The translations under genes were made by a program, and so were the position numbers. Under the pieces are notes generated by a model. The model saw only the letters and a program-made list of their open reading frames with translations, did not search any database and was not told the origin of the DNA. DNA of 64,000 nucleotides from Nitrospirales bacterium (GTDB taxonomy: Bacteria > Nitrospirota > Nitrospiria > Nitrospirales > UBA8639): contig CBDBCZ010000017.1 in assembly GCA_965203295.1 (NCBI GenBank), positions 1,152,001-1,216,000 of the forward strand. The letters run 5' to 3'. Position 1 is the first letter of the stretch, and every line of letters starts with the position of its first letter. This document shows positions 10,845 through 24,209 of the stretch, piece by piece.

Positions 10845-11558
10845 ATGAAGCTATTGGCTATTTTAGTGATCATCGGCGTGGGAATCCTAGCCACTGCTGA
10901 GAGTGCTCCGGCTCGCGGGGATCGGAGGTTCGCATTCTCATCATTAAATTGTTAGGCATGCACCTAGGCTATTACTACTACGCATGCATGTATTGCCCTA
11001 CTTTTCGCTTCTTTCACGTTTCCTCTCTCTGACTTACATAATTTTCTTATAGCTAACCTTAATCCATCCATCCATCCATCCATCCATCCATCCATCCATC
11101 CATCTATATTTATTTATACGCAATCTATTACAGTACATTGCATACATCTATGATAGTTGTCATTGTTTTATTCCTCCATACAGCTATGATTTCCCGTATA
11201 TCGCGCAAGTCGTCCTGGTTATCTGCTACACCCAGCCCGACTGCGGCGGTCCCTCAAGTCTTGCAGATGACTCGATTTGCTGCGCGAACTTCGGGCTAAG
11301 CTACGAGTACGAAGACGATCCACAGTGCTACAATTGGTACGTAAACATACTTGAAATTCTGAGACTCATACAATACATAATGAATGTACGCATATTATGC
11401 ATATTATGCTGTAGTGCATGCAATTTATATAATCGCGCAAGCGGTACTGTAACAATAATTGCAAAAGCCATGCATTGTTGACTCCCAAACCGTTGTTCAT
11501 TCCAATGTGCAGCTTAAGCTTGAGGCGCCGCCGTCCACCTGCTTTTGGCTATCAGTAA
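10845..11558 (+). CDS. Secreted 6-Cys peptide precursor (copy 2); exons 10845-10927, 11184-11336, 11513-11558
   Basis: Not in the ORF track. Product: MKLLAILVIIGVGILATAES-APARGDRSYDFPYIAQ-VVLVICYTQPDCGGPSSLADDSICCANFGLSYEYEDDPQCYNC-LSLRRRRPPAFGYQ*. Splice sites match copy 1; indels preserve frame. Confidence 0.85.
11062..11104. repeat. (ATCC)n microsatellite in intron 1 of peptide copy 2
   Basis: Directly visible. Confidence 0.95.
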
Positions 11559-12649
11559 TGGCTCCAAGATCAATTGACATATTGACTCCGCCTTGAAGTG
11601 TAATGGATTCATTGGACACTAGACCAAAAAATAATGTTTCTTTTTGTAGGCCATTGTTGCAGAACATTAAGCCATGCAGCTGTTTTTTTTTGTACTTTCA
11701 ATTTTCTTCAAATAAATATTGCTGGGATAATACAGTCTATTATACTTGGATTGTTTCATTGCTGCAATAGCTTTTCTCAAGTGACTTATACACTAATAAT
11801 CTACTTGTCCAGTTATCACCGTTTTCTTGTCCAGTAGTTGGCAAGTACTCTGCCATCCTGTAGCACTCGACTTTGGTCCAACAGGTTAATAATACAAGGA
11901 GAAATTATAATTATTTAGTTAATAATCTATTATACTGGCCCCCAACAAAAAATAGTTGGCTAGAGATCAATTTAAATTCCTGGGTATTATATACACCGAT
12001 TAAAAATTGGCTTTATTCAGAAGGTGCAGGCTTATATAGCTATACTCACACCTTTACCGCTCACTATCACCATGTTACTAAACCGCACTGTGGATATGAC
12101 TAGCATGCCAATCTTGATTTTTACTGTGATACTGTGATCAGTGAGCAGCTAGGTCATGACCAGCTATGTAGCTATATATACGGCTATATACAGCTGGCAG
12201 TGATGTAACAGAAACTCACCCTAACGTTGTTACTTGTCCACTATATATGAGTGGCAATCTACTGTACATGTAACATGTATCTGAACAGAAGGATGCGCCC
12301 AAGCTTAAGCTTATTAATAAGTGCATGTGCATGCAGCATGCTATTACAGAATGCCAGCCGAAACCTATAACTGTACTGGTAGCATGGCATGCTTGTACAA
12401 TTCATTCGCATACATATATGAGTCACAAAGTATTTAGCCTCGTACCCAGGCCACGTGAGATTTGAACAACTAAGAATGAGGCTACCGTGGCAAAGTATTA
12501 TGGTGGTTGCAGATCATGAGAAACCATGTGAAGAGCACAATATAATAGCATAGTGGGATGTATATAGTAATATATATGGGAATATTGTAATTCCCAGGCC
12601 ACTCCCCCCCCCCCTCCCAAAGTAGGGGAGTGACCTGGGAACGAGGCTA

Positions 12650-12940
12650 GGCGACAAGGGGCTGTGTGAGCAGCCAACTTTCTCTCTTCCTTGACTGATA
12701 GAGCATGGCCCTCATTGTTAGCTAGGTGCTCCATTGACAGCTGCTGGAGGGTAGAAATATTGTTACAGATTCGTCAAGGGAAGCAGACTGGCCCCACTTC
12801 CTGGCCAGTGACGAAAGTGAACATCGGCCGGCCAACTATTGGACCCAGGAAAGAGTGATGGTACTTCCCTCCTCTAGAAGACTGGACAGCAGAAAACAGA
12901 TAGTGTATCCCTATAAGAGAGTCATGACGGTGGATTCTGA
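12650..12940 (-). mobile_element. Degenerate CRE-like LINE 3' fragment
   Basis: Minus strand encodes GHALSVKEERKLAAH and RPADV-like sequence, homologous to 8600-8760. Confidence 0.6.
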
Positions 12941-13089
12941 AAACTACAAAATAGCCTTCATATTCTTGACAGACGTCATAACAATTAATAGCCTGAAAAT
13001 TTGGCGGGAATTATAATCATACTTGGCAAAATGGGTTCCAACCGGCTGTTTAATAAGCCTTCCTTGAGGTTTGAGGGCAGTATACAGTG

Positions 13090-13230
13090 CTGGCCACCGG
13101 CGCTCTGTAGCACTGCGCGAGACTAGGCGCGCGCGCCATGGCCGGCGCCAGGCGCCACCGCCCATGTGGCCACGCCCTCCGCCGCGCACGTGGGTGTCTG
13201 TCTGGGCACGAGAGCGTCTCGTGCCAAGAT
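13090..13230 (+). promoter_or_regulatory. CpG/GC-rich promoter-like region upstream of TRAF
   Basis: Strongly GC- and CpG-rich patch just 5' of the first coding exon. Confidence 0.5.
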
Positions 13231-13291
13231 GTCTATCTCGCTGAAACACTCTTTCCCAGCCCTCTGACGAGACTATTACAGTTCTAGAAGT

Positions 13292-16200
13292 ATGAGTGTA
13301 GATCCAGCACTGCAGTGTGTGTTTTGCAAGCAGTATCTGGTGGACAACCCGAGGCAGGCATTGTGCGGAGACAGGCTGTGTGGAAGCTGTTTCTCTGAAC
13401 TGGAGCAGAAGTAAGCTCCCAAGATTCACTCTGTATTGCGTGCAGATACGCATGCAATCGGCAGGGTTCACATACATATAGGATATCCGACTCCCGGAAA
13501 AGGGTGCGGCTTAGTGCATGCATGCATGTTTGACATAGTCTCCCGACCAGACCACGCATTTCATGTGGTCAGGGCACGAAACTACGTTTTCCGTAGACCC
13601 ACTGTACTTTATTTCTTTGTATACTTACACGCAGGGAGAAGGAAGTGCCATGTCCTCAGTGTGGGCAGGAGATAGTCCTGATAAAGGTATAATACGTTCA
13701 TATAAGTATTTTACTTTCCACACACCATCACGTCAGCTTGCAAGTAGCAGGTATATTACATTTTAAGGATGTGGCTATTGACCTGTCGAGAAGTGTTTAC
13801 AATTGAATGGGCAATGTTCGCACATGCACACTTGTGCACTAGTTAGTCTCGATCGCAGCCCTTAATCAAGGCTAAGGATCGTTTACAGTATCCCGCCATG
13901 AAAGTAAGCGATCCCTAGCCTTGATTGTGGGCTGTGAATGATAGTATCCACTAGCCTGCATCGCGATACTGACGCAACACATAAAGTTGTCTGTGCGTAC
14001 CATGCGGATCTGGGGGGCAAACTTGTCATCTGATAGATACTTGCCGGCAGGTGCATGTACGTATTAGAGCAGCTATTTTGAAGCGCTCAGCACCATAACA
14101 ACCATAGCTAGTACACTATGGACCACAGGTTTTCATACAAGATTTTTTTGCCGGGGGTGGGAAACTTTTTCGGAGAAAGCAAATGTCCTAGTAGGGGGTG
14201 GGGGCATTCCGGCCGGGGTTCATTTGGAAAAATTAGCAAAGGGGGTGCAAAAGTAGAATGTTGCTGACGCTGGGGAGAGGGGGAGGGCTCTGGGGGCATG
14301 CTCCCCCATGAAAAGTTTTGAAATTTAGACCCTCTGAGATCACTTCTGGTGCAAGATGTGACTACCCCAAGTTTATGTTAAACCACAACAGTAACAGTTC
14401 AAAATCCTTGGGGGGGGGGGGGGGGGGGGGGGGGGCGGAATCCCAGGGCGCCCCCCCCCCCTCTGTATGAAATCCTAGACCAGCATTGTGCCTAGTGCCC
14501 ACACTGCATTGTATGCTGCATAATGGTACGAGGCTATAGAGTTAATGTGATGATGGTTCTTTCACATTGTGGGATTCTGTCTGGTGTTCACCAAGTCCAA
14601 AAGCTGTCTAAATTCCAGGTGGGATATTTGTCAACAGAAAGCCATTAGCTACAGGCCAAGAAATAAGATTTTTTTTTAAAGCAGGAGTGAGGCTGCTTAT
14701 TATTTTGCTTACAAGCTCAGATAACTAATCTTGGTGGCTACAAAGGATCGATCCATGGAGTTGCAAACCATACCATGCCCTCATCATGAAGTTTCTTCAA
14801 TTCCAACCTGTGGTTCAGCAGAAGTTCTTTAATTGCCGACGTTTCAACTACAGTTTTTTTCAAGGCATGCCTTGAAGAAGTGTTGTAGTCTTTTTCAAGG
14901 CATGCCTTGAAAAAGTGTTGTAGTCTTTTTCAAGGCATGCCTTGAACAACACTGTAGTCGAAACGTCGGCAATTAAAGAACTTCTGCTAAACTTCGGGTT
15001 AGAATTGAAGAAACTTTGCGTTCTACTAGCCAACTGAGAGAATCCCTGAACAATACCATGCCTTCTTATTCATACAGTACCATAGATACCTTTCAGTCAA
15101 GTGCTACATTCTGTGTGAAATACCATAGACAATAGGGATCCTTATTGTATAGAGATTGTAGCAGGCTTTATACACTTTTAATAGGAATTTGATCTGCCAA
15201 TTTAAACAACCATTTGAATACCAGGCTCATGGCAATTCCATGGCAAACTATAGCAATTGTTAGCTGATTTCTAACAGTGGTTGCTATATGAATGAATTGG
15301 CACCTAGTACTTGCGGAACGTAATGCTTGAAAGAAACCTTCATTTTGTTGTACAATAATATTCCAGAATTTGTCAGTCCACGTCATCCATGTGAAGAAAG
15401 GCTGTGTCTTTCCACACAGTGTTTCCCTGACAAGGCTGTGGAGACAATGGTGGCCAAGGCTACAGTGAGCTGCAGTGGCCCAGGGTGCACTTGGAAAGGG
15501 CTGGGTATCCACTATCAAGTACGTACACAGACATATTGTAGCAAGGCCAGCTAGTCTGAGTGATGACTAATTTTGAAGTTGTAGTAAGCCTTCGATGGTA
15601 AAAGCGTGTATAGATTTGTCCAGAGATAACCCTGATTCTTTGTGGAGCACGAGTTAGTCTAGGCCCCAGACCCTCCCTGCACTCATAAAAAAAAAAACCC
15701 TGAAGGAAAGTGCCAGTAGAGGGTCTGGTGCAGTTGATACAGAAGGCCTCCATGGGATGTTGCTTGTATGGCTTACTGTGGTGAGATAATTGAGACGGGA
15801 AGTTCAAAGTTAAGTGAGTGCTAAAGAACTAGTGTAAACAGTGCAAAGCTATATCTACAGCTGTGCTTGAGAAGTGGGAGGCGTGAATATTCCAAAGGTC
15901 AGTAGTTCCCAATCAACCAATCAGATTCGACCCTCTGAAATTCCTTGGACTGCAAATTATTCTGTATCAACTGCACCAGACCCTCTTCCGCACTTATCTT
16001 CCGGTTTTTTTGCGAGTGCAGGGAGGGTCTGGGGCCGAGACTAAGCACGAGTTTGAACACGTCACACCAGTTGCTAGGGGTAGCCGTAAGCACTTGGAGC
16101 AAGAACTCGTATACTAGGGCCTTATAGCAAGCCATTTGCTGTACTTGTTCACGCAGTTTATTTCGTTTACGCTCGATAACACGCTGGTATTTACGCTGAT

Positions 16201-19200
16201 ATTTTTCGCAGCAAAGTGCACATGGTCAATTGCTTGAAAAAGTAGTCGGAAATACCACTGGATTACAAGTAACCTCGCAAAATCTTTCTCCCAGGAGCTA
16301 GCTACTTCTGAGCATAACCTCTTCAGCTTGAAGGTGATGGCAAATATAGCTCAAGATGACTCAAATAATCATTTTGTTCTCTTACCACTACAGGCTCACG
16401 TTGAAGAGTGTGCATTTATTCTCGTGGACTGTCCCAACAGTGCCAGTGGCTGCACTGAGAGGATGCAGAGGAGCAAAGTGGATCAGCACGCACACTCTTG
16501 CAAGTTCTCGCCTGCGGCTTGCGAGTGGTGTGGCAAGATGATCCCAGCCTTGAACAAAGATGTGTGTGTATAAAATTAATGAATTAACGTTACTGTGGTA
16601 GTCCCGGGTAGAAAACGAACAATATTCTGTCTCGTATTTCGATCGCATCACTGCATTTGAAATGCGTTGTATCTGAATTTTCGTTCTACCACACCTGTGC
16701 TACTCTGACCAATCAGGTAACTAGATTTGAGGTTTCGAAATCACTTATTCACCTCGTGATAATGTGTCTAACTTACTCACTATTCACCTTGCTTTAACCC
16801 TTTAAACGTGAGAATTAATATCGCAATTTTTGAGTGAGGTCATTTGTTTTTGCTATAAATTCCTAATTTCACCACCAAAAACAGAAGTTGTTTGTATGGC
16901 AACAGGTTAAGCTCAGGCGCTAGAATGCTGGCTCGAATCCCACCATGTGCACCTTTTTAGCATTATTTCTTCAGCTCATTAATAAGGGTTAATTAATTAA
17001 CATCCTCCAGCAACGCGTTGCCATATAAACACGCGTAAATATTACTGACGGGTATATTGTGGTAAAAGCCAGTTATACAACTCGTGGTCGATGTGAAAGC
17101 GATTTAATCCCCTCAGGCCTTTGGCCCTCAATAAATAAATCGCTTATACACCTCCACTTTGTGATATAACTCAGATTGGACAAAGTGCTACGTATGTAGA
17201 CACAGGAACTATGCATACATTTACATAGCATGTTTGACCCACCCTTAGTGGAAATTTCCAGAGATGCGATCAAATACACAACAGGAAAATGTTTGTTTTC
17301 TATCCGAGACTGCCACAACTCTCTCTGGCATTTTTAGGCCAATGTTTATCATAGAGAGAGCAGCTATCACTTCACTTTATACATGTAGACATGACTGCAA
17401 CTCGCTTTATACACGTAGTAATATATTTCTCACCATTTTTTTTATAGACGCATTTGGAGACGGACTGTGATGATGTCATGGTTTCTTGCTCCAATGGATG
17501 TGGGGAAAAATGCCCCCGGAAAATGGTATGATTATTCGATGATTATATTATACCACTCTTTTTAGTAGTTTGTACCTTGCAACATTGATGAAAAGAAGTA
17601 CATTGTAAAACCACTCTTATGTACTGTAAATGGTGTGATATCACCACCTCCTTTGGAAGTGAGACTAATTAATCTCTCACCCACCCATTAGCTAACTCGT
17701 TAGTGCAGTACACTAACATTTAGCTACACACTCTAACATGCTGTGACTCAGTCCATCAGTTTTGAGAGATGTACGTATGTATGCTTGCATGGCTCTGTGT
17801 GGAGTCAGCAATAAAGTAGGTACTGTTCTCACGCAGGTTGAGAACCATCTTGAAAACACGTGCCAGCTTCAGGTCCGCAGTTGTTGCTTCGGTTGGTGTG
17901 GCTGCAGTTTCCAGGTAAGCCTGTATTTAATCATTATATCGATGACTGACTTTTCATACGTTGATACAAATATAGCTGTAAGTGAGGATGATACACAGTT
18001 AGCAGCTATCCACAGCACTTGAATTGAGCTTTGATATAGCATTTGAGACATGTCATCGAGACTCGTCTGGTGTAGTGAATGAGTGAGTGACTTATAATAC
18101 TGTTACAGTAGGACCAGTTTTAATAGATAATCGAATGCGATTGTTTTTAAGCTTGCCACAATCATGCATTACACAGTACATACAGGCATATACGCGCACG
18201 CAAAACGTAATTACGCAAATTGCCTTCAAAACCTATATAGTCCTAGTGGTGATGATGCATGGCTAGTACATTGCTATCCGCAGCACTATCGGTAGTCTGG
18301 TGTAGCTAGCAGTTCTGACTGAGCTGTACACTTCCATGACTGTATAGCATCTCGCTTTTGTGATAAGGATCACAGCAAGCTTTTGCTCATATCCACACAG
18401 ATTCAGTCATACCCTGCTCAGATAAATCTTCTGTAGACTTAACTGTACATATCACATGGCTGCCATTCAATAGCAGCAAGGTTTATTGTCAAGCATGGTT
18501 ATCAAGATTGTTAAAGAAAGGTTACTTGTTTCAATTATGGTCAAGGCCAAGAACTTTGTGCAGAGTAATTAATTGCACAAAATATTTTTTGCCCATGGGA
18601 GTGTATTGTGTGTGTCAATCATGCTTATAAGAATAAAATTCCAGATGGTAAAATTATTGTCACTTCATGGCGCATCTTCCAAGAGGCTTGAATACATACT
18701 GTTATTGAATTGTGGCACAGAATCTGGGCATAAGACTACATTAAGCAATGATAATTGAATGTGTTAATGCTCAGTACGGTGTAGTAATGAAGTCATCAAA
18801 TTATTACAGGGAACGTTCCAACACCTGAAACAGCACGAAGCGGACGATATTCCTCGTCACTTGGAAAGTGTCAGTCGGGCACTGCACCAGCTTCAGGCAA
18901 ACTACGAAAAGTCTGAAACCGACAATCGCGCTCTCCTCGCCAAAGTGCAAGCCTCAGAGGGCCAGATTGCCATGCTGACGAGGGAGCTAGACGAGACGAA
19001 GTCGGAGCTGGCCACCAGGACAGACGAAGCGGCTGTCCGAGAGCTTCGCGAGGGATACGAGGAGCTGTTGGTGACGGTACAGTCACTGCAGGCCACTAGT
19101 TACGACGGAACGTTTGTCTGGAAGATCAACGAAGTCCGTAGGAGAAGAGAGGAAGCACGGACTGAAAAGATCGTGTCTCTCTATTCGGCGCCGTTCTACA

Positions 19201-19565
19201 CCAGCCGGTTCGGCTACAAGCTCTGCCTACGCGTGTACCTGGACGGCGACGGAACCGGCAAGGGGACCCATCTCTCCTTCTTTCTTGCCGTCATGAAGGG
19301 CGAGTACGACGCTCTCCTCTCGTGGCCCTTTCAACGGAGAGTGACTCTGATTCTCTTGGACCAGGACGGCCAGACGCACGTTGAGCAGTCGTTTCGCCCG
19401 GAGCAGAATTCGTCCTCCTTCCAGAGGCCCACGAATCGAATGAACACCGCGTCCGGCTGTCCCATGTTTGCGCCGCTGTCTGTTCTTGATAGCGCCTCGT
19501 ACGTGAGAGACGATGTCATGTTTATGAAGTGCAAGATTGATGCAACGGGACTGCAAAACAATTAG
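13292..19565 (+). CDS. TRAF: TNF receptor-associated factor (TRAF2/3-like), ~449 aa; exons 13292-13410, 13635-13686, 15420-15518, 16394-16561, 17448-17525, 17837-17914, 18810-19565
   Basis: RING (CVFC..CGDRLCGSC..CPQC), TRAF zinc fingers, coiled coil and MATH domain (YDGTFVWKI..SLYSAPFYTSRFGYKLCLRVYLDGDGTGKGTHLS..GEYDALLSWPF). All introns are GT-AG and in frame. Confidence 0.93.
14783..15052. mobile_element. Penelope-like pseudo-LTR remnant in inverted arrangement with hammerhead-like motifs (TRAF intron 2)
   Basis: ~70 bp inverted arms containing gaaacgtcggcaattaaag around three ttcaaggcatgccttgaa palindromes; flanked by direct repeat ataccatgcc(c/t)tc. Confidence 0.6.
15655..16043. mobile_element. 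MITE with TAG..CTA termini and 9-bp TSD
   Basis: TIRs tagtctaggccccagaccctccctgcactc / gagtgcagggagggtctggggccgagacta; TSD agcacgagt on both sides. Confidence 0.85.
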
Positions 19566-19760
19566 TGTTGGACCGCAAACTGAGTGTGTATTATTGTAGT
19601 TGTAGTTACCCCCTACTAGCTAGTGATTGAAGCATACACGTTAGGACTTGTTATGATTGCAACTATTATTGATAATGGCATTGTACTAATTCAACGGTTG
19701 TTGAAAAATTTTAATTTTATGCATTGCAAGTCGTAGTTGCCCCAGCCGTTATTATTCTCA

Positions 19761-22342
19761 TTGGGGCGAGCGTGAGCGAGCCCCACACTTGTCATGTCAA
19801 CGCGATTTTCTCTGTCTTTCTGTCTGTCTGTCCCGTACGTCGTGCCGAATCTAAACATTAATTCGCTAAAATAACGAATAACAGCCACGTGCATAAAATA
19901 GCAACCCCAACCATGTTCACGTGTTGTGTACTGCGAAGATATGGCCCAGTCATTTGCTACGTTCACTTAACGCCATGATGCTTCTGCAGCAAGAGAAGAT
20001 TGACTTCGGAGACGGCGAGAGGGCCCACCGTGCTTCCGAAACGGAGAACAAAAGGAGGCAATATGTGTAGAAATACCAGCATTCTGGGTACCTGCTAAAT
20101 TTACGTAGTGTGTGTGTGTCTGTTAAAAGGTTGAGAAGACAAAGGGCGAGAGACAGGGCTAGACGCCGCACTAGCTCAGACTGCTGAGCAGATGGAGGCT
20201 AGACTGCAGCATGACAGAGATTGTCATAAGGAATCACGATCTGTCGAGTCTCCGGAGCAGACAGACAGCTACAAGGCGGCAATGCTGCAGGGCGTGTCGA
20301 AGGGAGATACGATCTGTTGAGACCCTAGAGCAGACAGAGGCTAGGCTCCAACACAACAGAGAGGACCGTTGGGTAATATAATCCTTTGAGACTCTGGAGC
20401 AGACACGGCTGGCCTGCAACACAACAGAGAGTGACATATAGAGACTGGAGACACGATCCAGTGAGACGCACAGGCTATAGGCTGCAACAAGACAGAGAGT
20501 ACCTGACTACATCACATTGTATTGTGTACTGTTCCTCCACCTGTATTGACCCCTTATCCCTCTTCCGCCTTTATCCCTCCATCCATACCGACTCCATTTA
20601 AGTTGTGCTCTGCATGCTACCATCTTTGTACAATATTACCTATGTACTCGCTCACGCTCGCCCCACAATGCGCTGCATTCACCTAGTTATTGTAGTGGAT
20701 ATAGTTCTGCACATACACGTACACAAGGACTGTACGTATGCATGTGTTCATGTCCAGCTAATACATGCAAATGTCCATATATCATTGGGGCGAGCGTGAG
20801 CGAGCCCCACACTTGTCATGTCAACGCGATTTTCTGTCTGTCTGTCTGTCCCGTACGTCGTGCCGAATCTAAACATTAATTCGCTAAAATAACGAATAAC
20901 AGCCACGTGCATAAAATAGCAACCCCAACCATGTTCACGTGTTGTGTACTGCGGAGATATGGCCCAGTCATTTGCTACGTTCACTTAACGCCATGATGCT
21001 TCTGCAGCAAGAGAAGAAAGACTTCGGAGACGGCGAGAGGGCCCACCGTGCTTCCGAAACGGAGAACAAAAGGAGGCAAGATGTGTAGAAATACCAGCAT
21101 TCTGGGTACCTGCTAAATTTACGTAGTGTGTGTGTGTCTGTTAAAAGGTTGAGAAGACGAAGGGCGAGAGACAGGGCTAGACGCCGTACTCAGACTGCTG
21201 AGCAGATGGAGGCTAGACTGCAGCATGACAGAGATCGCCATAAGGAAACACGATCTGTCGAGTCTCCGGAGCAGACAGACAGCTACTAGGCGGCAATGCT
21301 GCAGGGCGTGTCGAAGGGAGATACGATCTGTTGAGACCCTAGAGCAGACAGAGGCTAGGCTCCAACACAACAGAGAGGACCGTTGGGTAATATAATCCTT
21401 TGAGACTCTGGTAGGCTGCAACAAGACAGAGAATACCTGACTACATCACATTGTATTGTGTGCTGTTCCTCCACCTGTATTGACCCCTTATCCCTCTTCC
21501 GCCTTTATCCCTCCATCCATACCGACTCCATTTAAGTTGTGCTCTGCATGCTACCATCTTTGTACCGTGAATATTACCTATGTACTCGCTCACGCTCGCC
21601 CCACAATACGCTGCATTCACCTAGTTTATTGGGGCGAGCGTGAGCGAGCCCCACACTTGTCAACGCGATTTTCTCTGTCTGTCTGTCCCGTACGTCGTGC
21701 CGAATCTAAACATTCATTCGCGAATAACGAAAAACAGTCACGTGCGTAAAATTGCAACCATCGCATTCACGTGTTCTACGAAGATACAAGATCAGCCTAG
21801 GTTACATGTAGTGCATACATATGCATGGTCATGCATTGCATTCTTCAAACCACAAGCATAGATAGTAGAGTAGAACTCTACTATCTATGCCACAAGCAAC
21901 GTACAAATTTATCTGACTGCCTATTATTACCTAAATCACTTACACGGCCGTACTTATACCAAAGTGCTGAGACTTCATGCATGAATATCTCAACTCATAG
22001 TATAGGAAAACTATATATAGACGTCCACATGTACCGTATTCCACTCCTCAGCAGTGCATGAAATATATATAGTTACTCTCCCAACGATTGTGGATCTCAG
22101 CTACAATAGTCACTACATACATGACATCATACATATTCTGAATCGTTTTTGTATTATAATGGCACGTCACTTTAATAAAATTTGATTGATTGATTATACT
22201 GTGCTGATCTTCCCTCTCCACCTTTAATCCCCCCTTCCATACCAACTCAATTTAAGTTGTGCTCTGCATGCTACCATCTTGGTGCAGTAGTGCCTATGTA
22301 CTCGCTCACGCTCGCCCCACAATGCACTGCATTCACCTAGTT
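19761..22342 (+). mobile_element. Three adjacent non-autonomous Helentron-like elements (19761-20688, 20785-21626, 21629-22342)
   Basis: Each starts ttggggcgagcgtgagcgagccccac and ends ctcgctcacgctcgccccacaat..cattcacctagtt (subterminal IR); the first two carry degenerate ETLEQTEARLQ-type repeats. Confidence 0.7.
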
Positions 22343-24209
22343 ATTATTAAATGGCTCTCCTGAGTCTTGCTGGCAAGTTGTTGCTTATCAAAATTCTGGT
22401 GAAACCTTGAGTCTACCTCTGGCTTCGTTTAAAGCCGCCACAACGATTCGTACAGTGCATGATTAGCCTCGTGCCCGCGCAATGAGCCTGGGCACGAGGC
22501 TAAGTGCATGATCTAATCTAGCGCAAGAAATTCTATTCCAGGAATTCTCAATGAATCTAATTTAGCGCAAACAAGACTAAAATTATTTAATTTGAACGCG
22601 TAATAATAGAATAAAGACGGTATGCAGGCGGCTTTTGCTTCTGCTTTCGGATCATAAGAAGTGTACAAGAAAGGGTTTGTTGTGTCTGCGAAAGTAGGCC
22701 TCAGGCTACCTAATTACATTGTATCGACATCATAATAGTCGAATTTTATGTGCAGTATTAAAGCTTATTCAAAAAGTAATTTTGTCATCCCATATTAAAT
22801 ACAGACTCTGCTATTAACCTTCTGATCCGTTTGTGACACTACTAGTCAGATTATCTAAAACTACTGCATAGGTAAGTTAAGCAAAAGAATCATGCAATAC
22901 TGTGATTAATCAACAGACCCACCATCATCACACATGCTAGCTACAAGTTCCGAGTTTGGTTGCCACAAGCCTGAGACCTAGAGCAGAGGGAGACTGAAAG
23001 GTAGCTGACGCAGAGTGATCTGACTAGAATTGTGATATGAATTGTCAGAGCTGAACTACAGTTCTGTTTGAGCATTAGTTTCATTTTTCGCCAGAAATCT
23101 AAGTGTGGGGCTAGCTGCGGCTAGCACCCAAAAGACTGGTGGCTACTTCTCCTGTTCGTTGCTTCCCTGCCGAAGGTCAGTGGCATTTTCTGCAGATAAT
23201 TTGATATTGATATGACTGCAAAAATATAAAGTACTGCTATTTTGACTGCTAATTATACCATTTTGTGTATGTCTGTGAATACAATATGAATCATGCTCAG
23301 ACCGTATATAATCAGGTGATGGAAGAGCTTAATATTTAGTGTTCATTTCGCCTTGGTCTCAGGCGCTCATCTAGCTTTTCGTCGCTTGCAAGCTGGATGA
23401 GAGCCTGGGACCGAGGCTACATTTTGCTCATGTGGGTGAGTTCCGATATAGCATCAAGAGCGCATTCTTCTCTGCCCCCAAGATAGTAAGAGTCATTAGA
23501 CCTGTGATGCCAGAGTAGTAAAGTAGTTCTATAATTAGATTGCTGTGCATAGTATTGAAGCCCTATCTGGTTAGTGGTAGCCTATCATAACTGTACAGCT
23601 CAGCAGAAGTTACCCTAGTCCCTGTGCCCAGACCCCCCCCCCCCCCCCCTCCTCCCCACAGCTTTAGCCCTTCTGCTGCGTTATGGTAACATTTACCTCA
23701 ATGGTCACTATGATGAATTGGAATAAAATTAAAAAAATTTAAAAGCACTATATATACAATGACCCTAGTAACTGCAGAGTCTATGACGAAAAAGGTCATT
23801 CAGAACACCAGACATACTTTTTGTGCGGGAGGGTGTGTAGAGCCGGGCACGAGACTACAGTAACACACTCTTACTCTCTTAGAGGTGGGAAAACCAAACT
23901 ATATATATACCATCTGGTGCATGTTATAAATCATACATGTAGTCCACACATGATTGTCCACGTGAACTAAGTACTAGTGATTGGCAAAATTTAATCCACC
24001 TTTTGAATGTGCTTGAGCAGTGTAACGTTCTCATCATTGGGTGTATCTATATATATTCTTGCTATAAACAATATATTTATTGGGGCGAGCCCCACATAGT
24101 CATTGTCAACGAAGTTTATGTCTGTTGAAGCCAGAAATGTGAATTACAACTTGTGTAACCATAGGTGATTCAAATAACCCACAGTTGAACTGAAGTTACA
24201 ATTCTTGGG

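Larger units (their letters stand above)
6200..12165. repeat. Tandem segmental duplication, unit 2
   Basis: Paralogous to 30-5150 but with different TE insertions. Confidence 0.9.
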
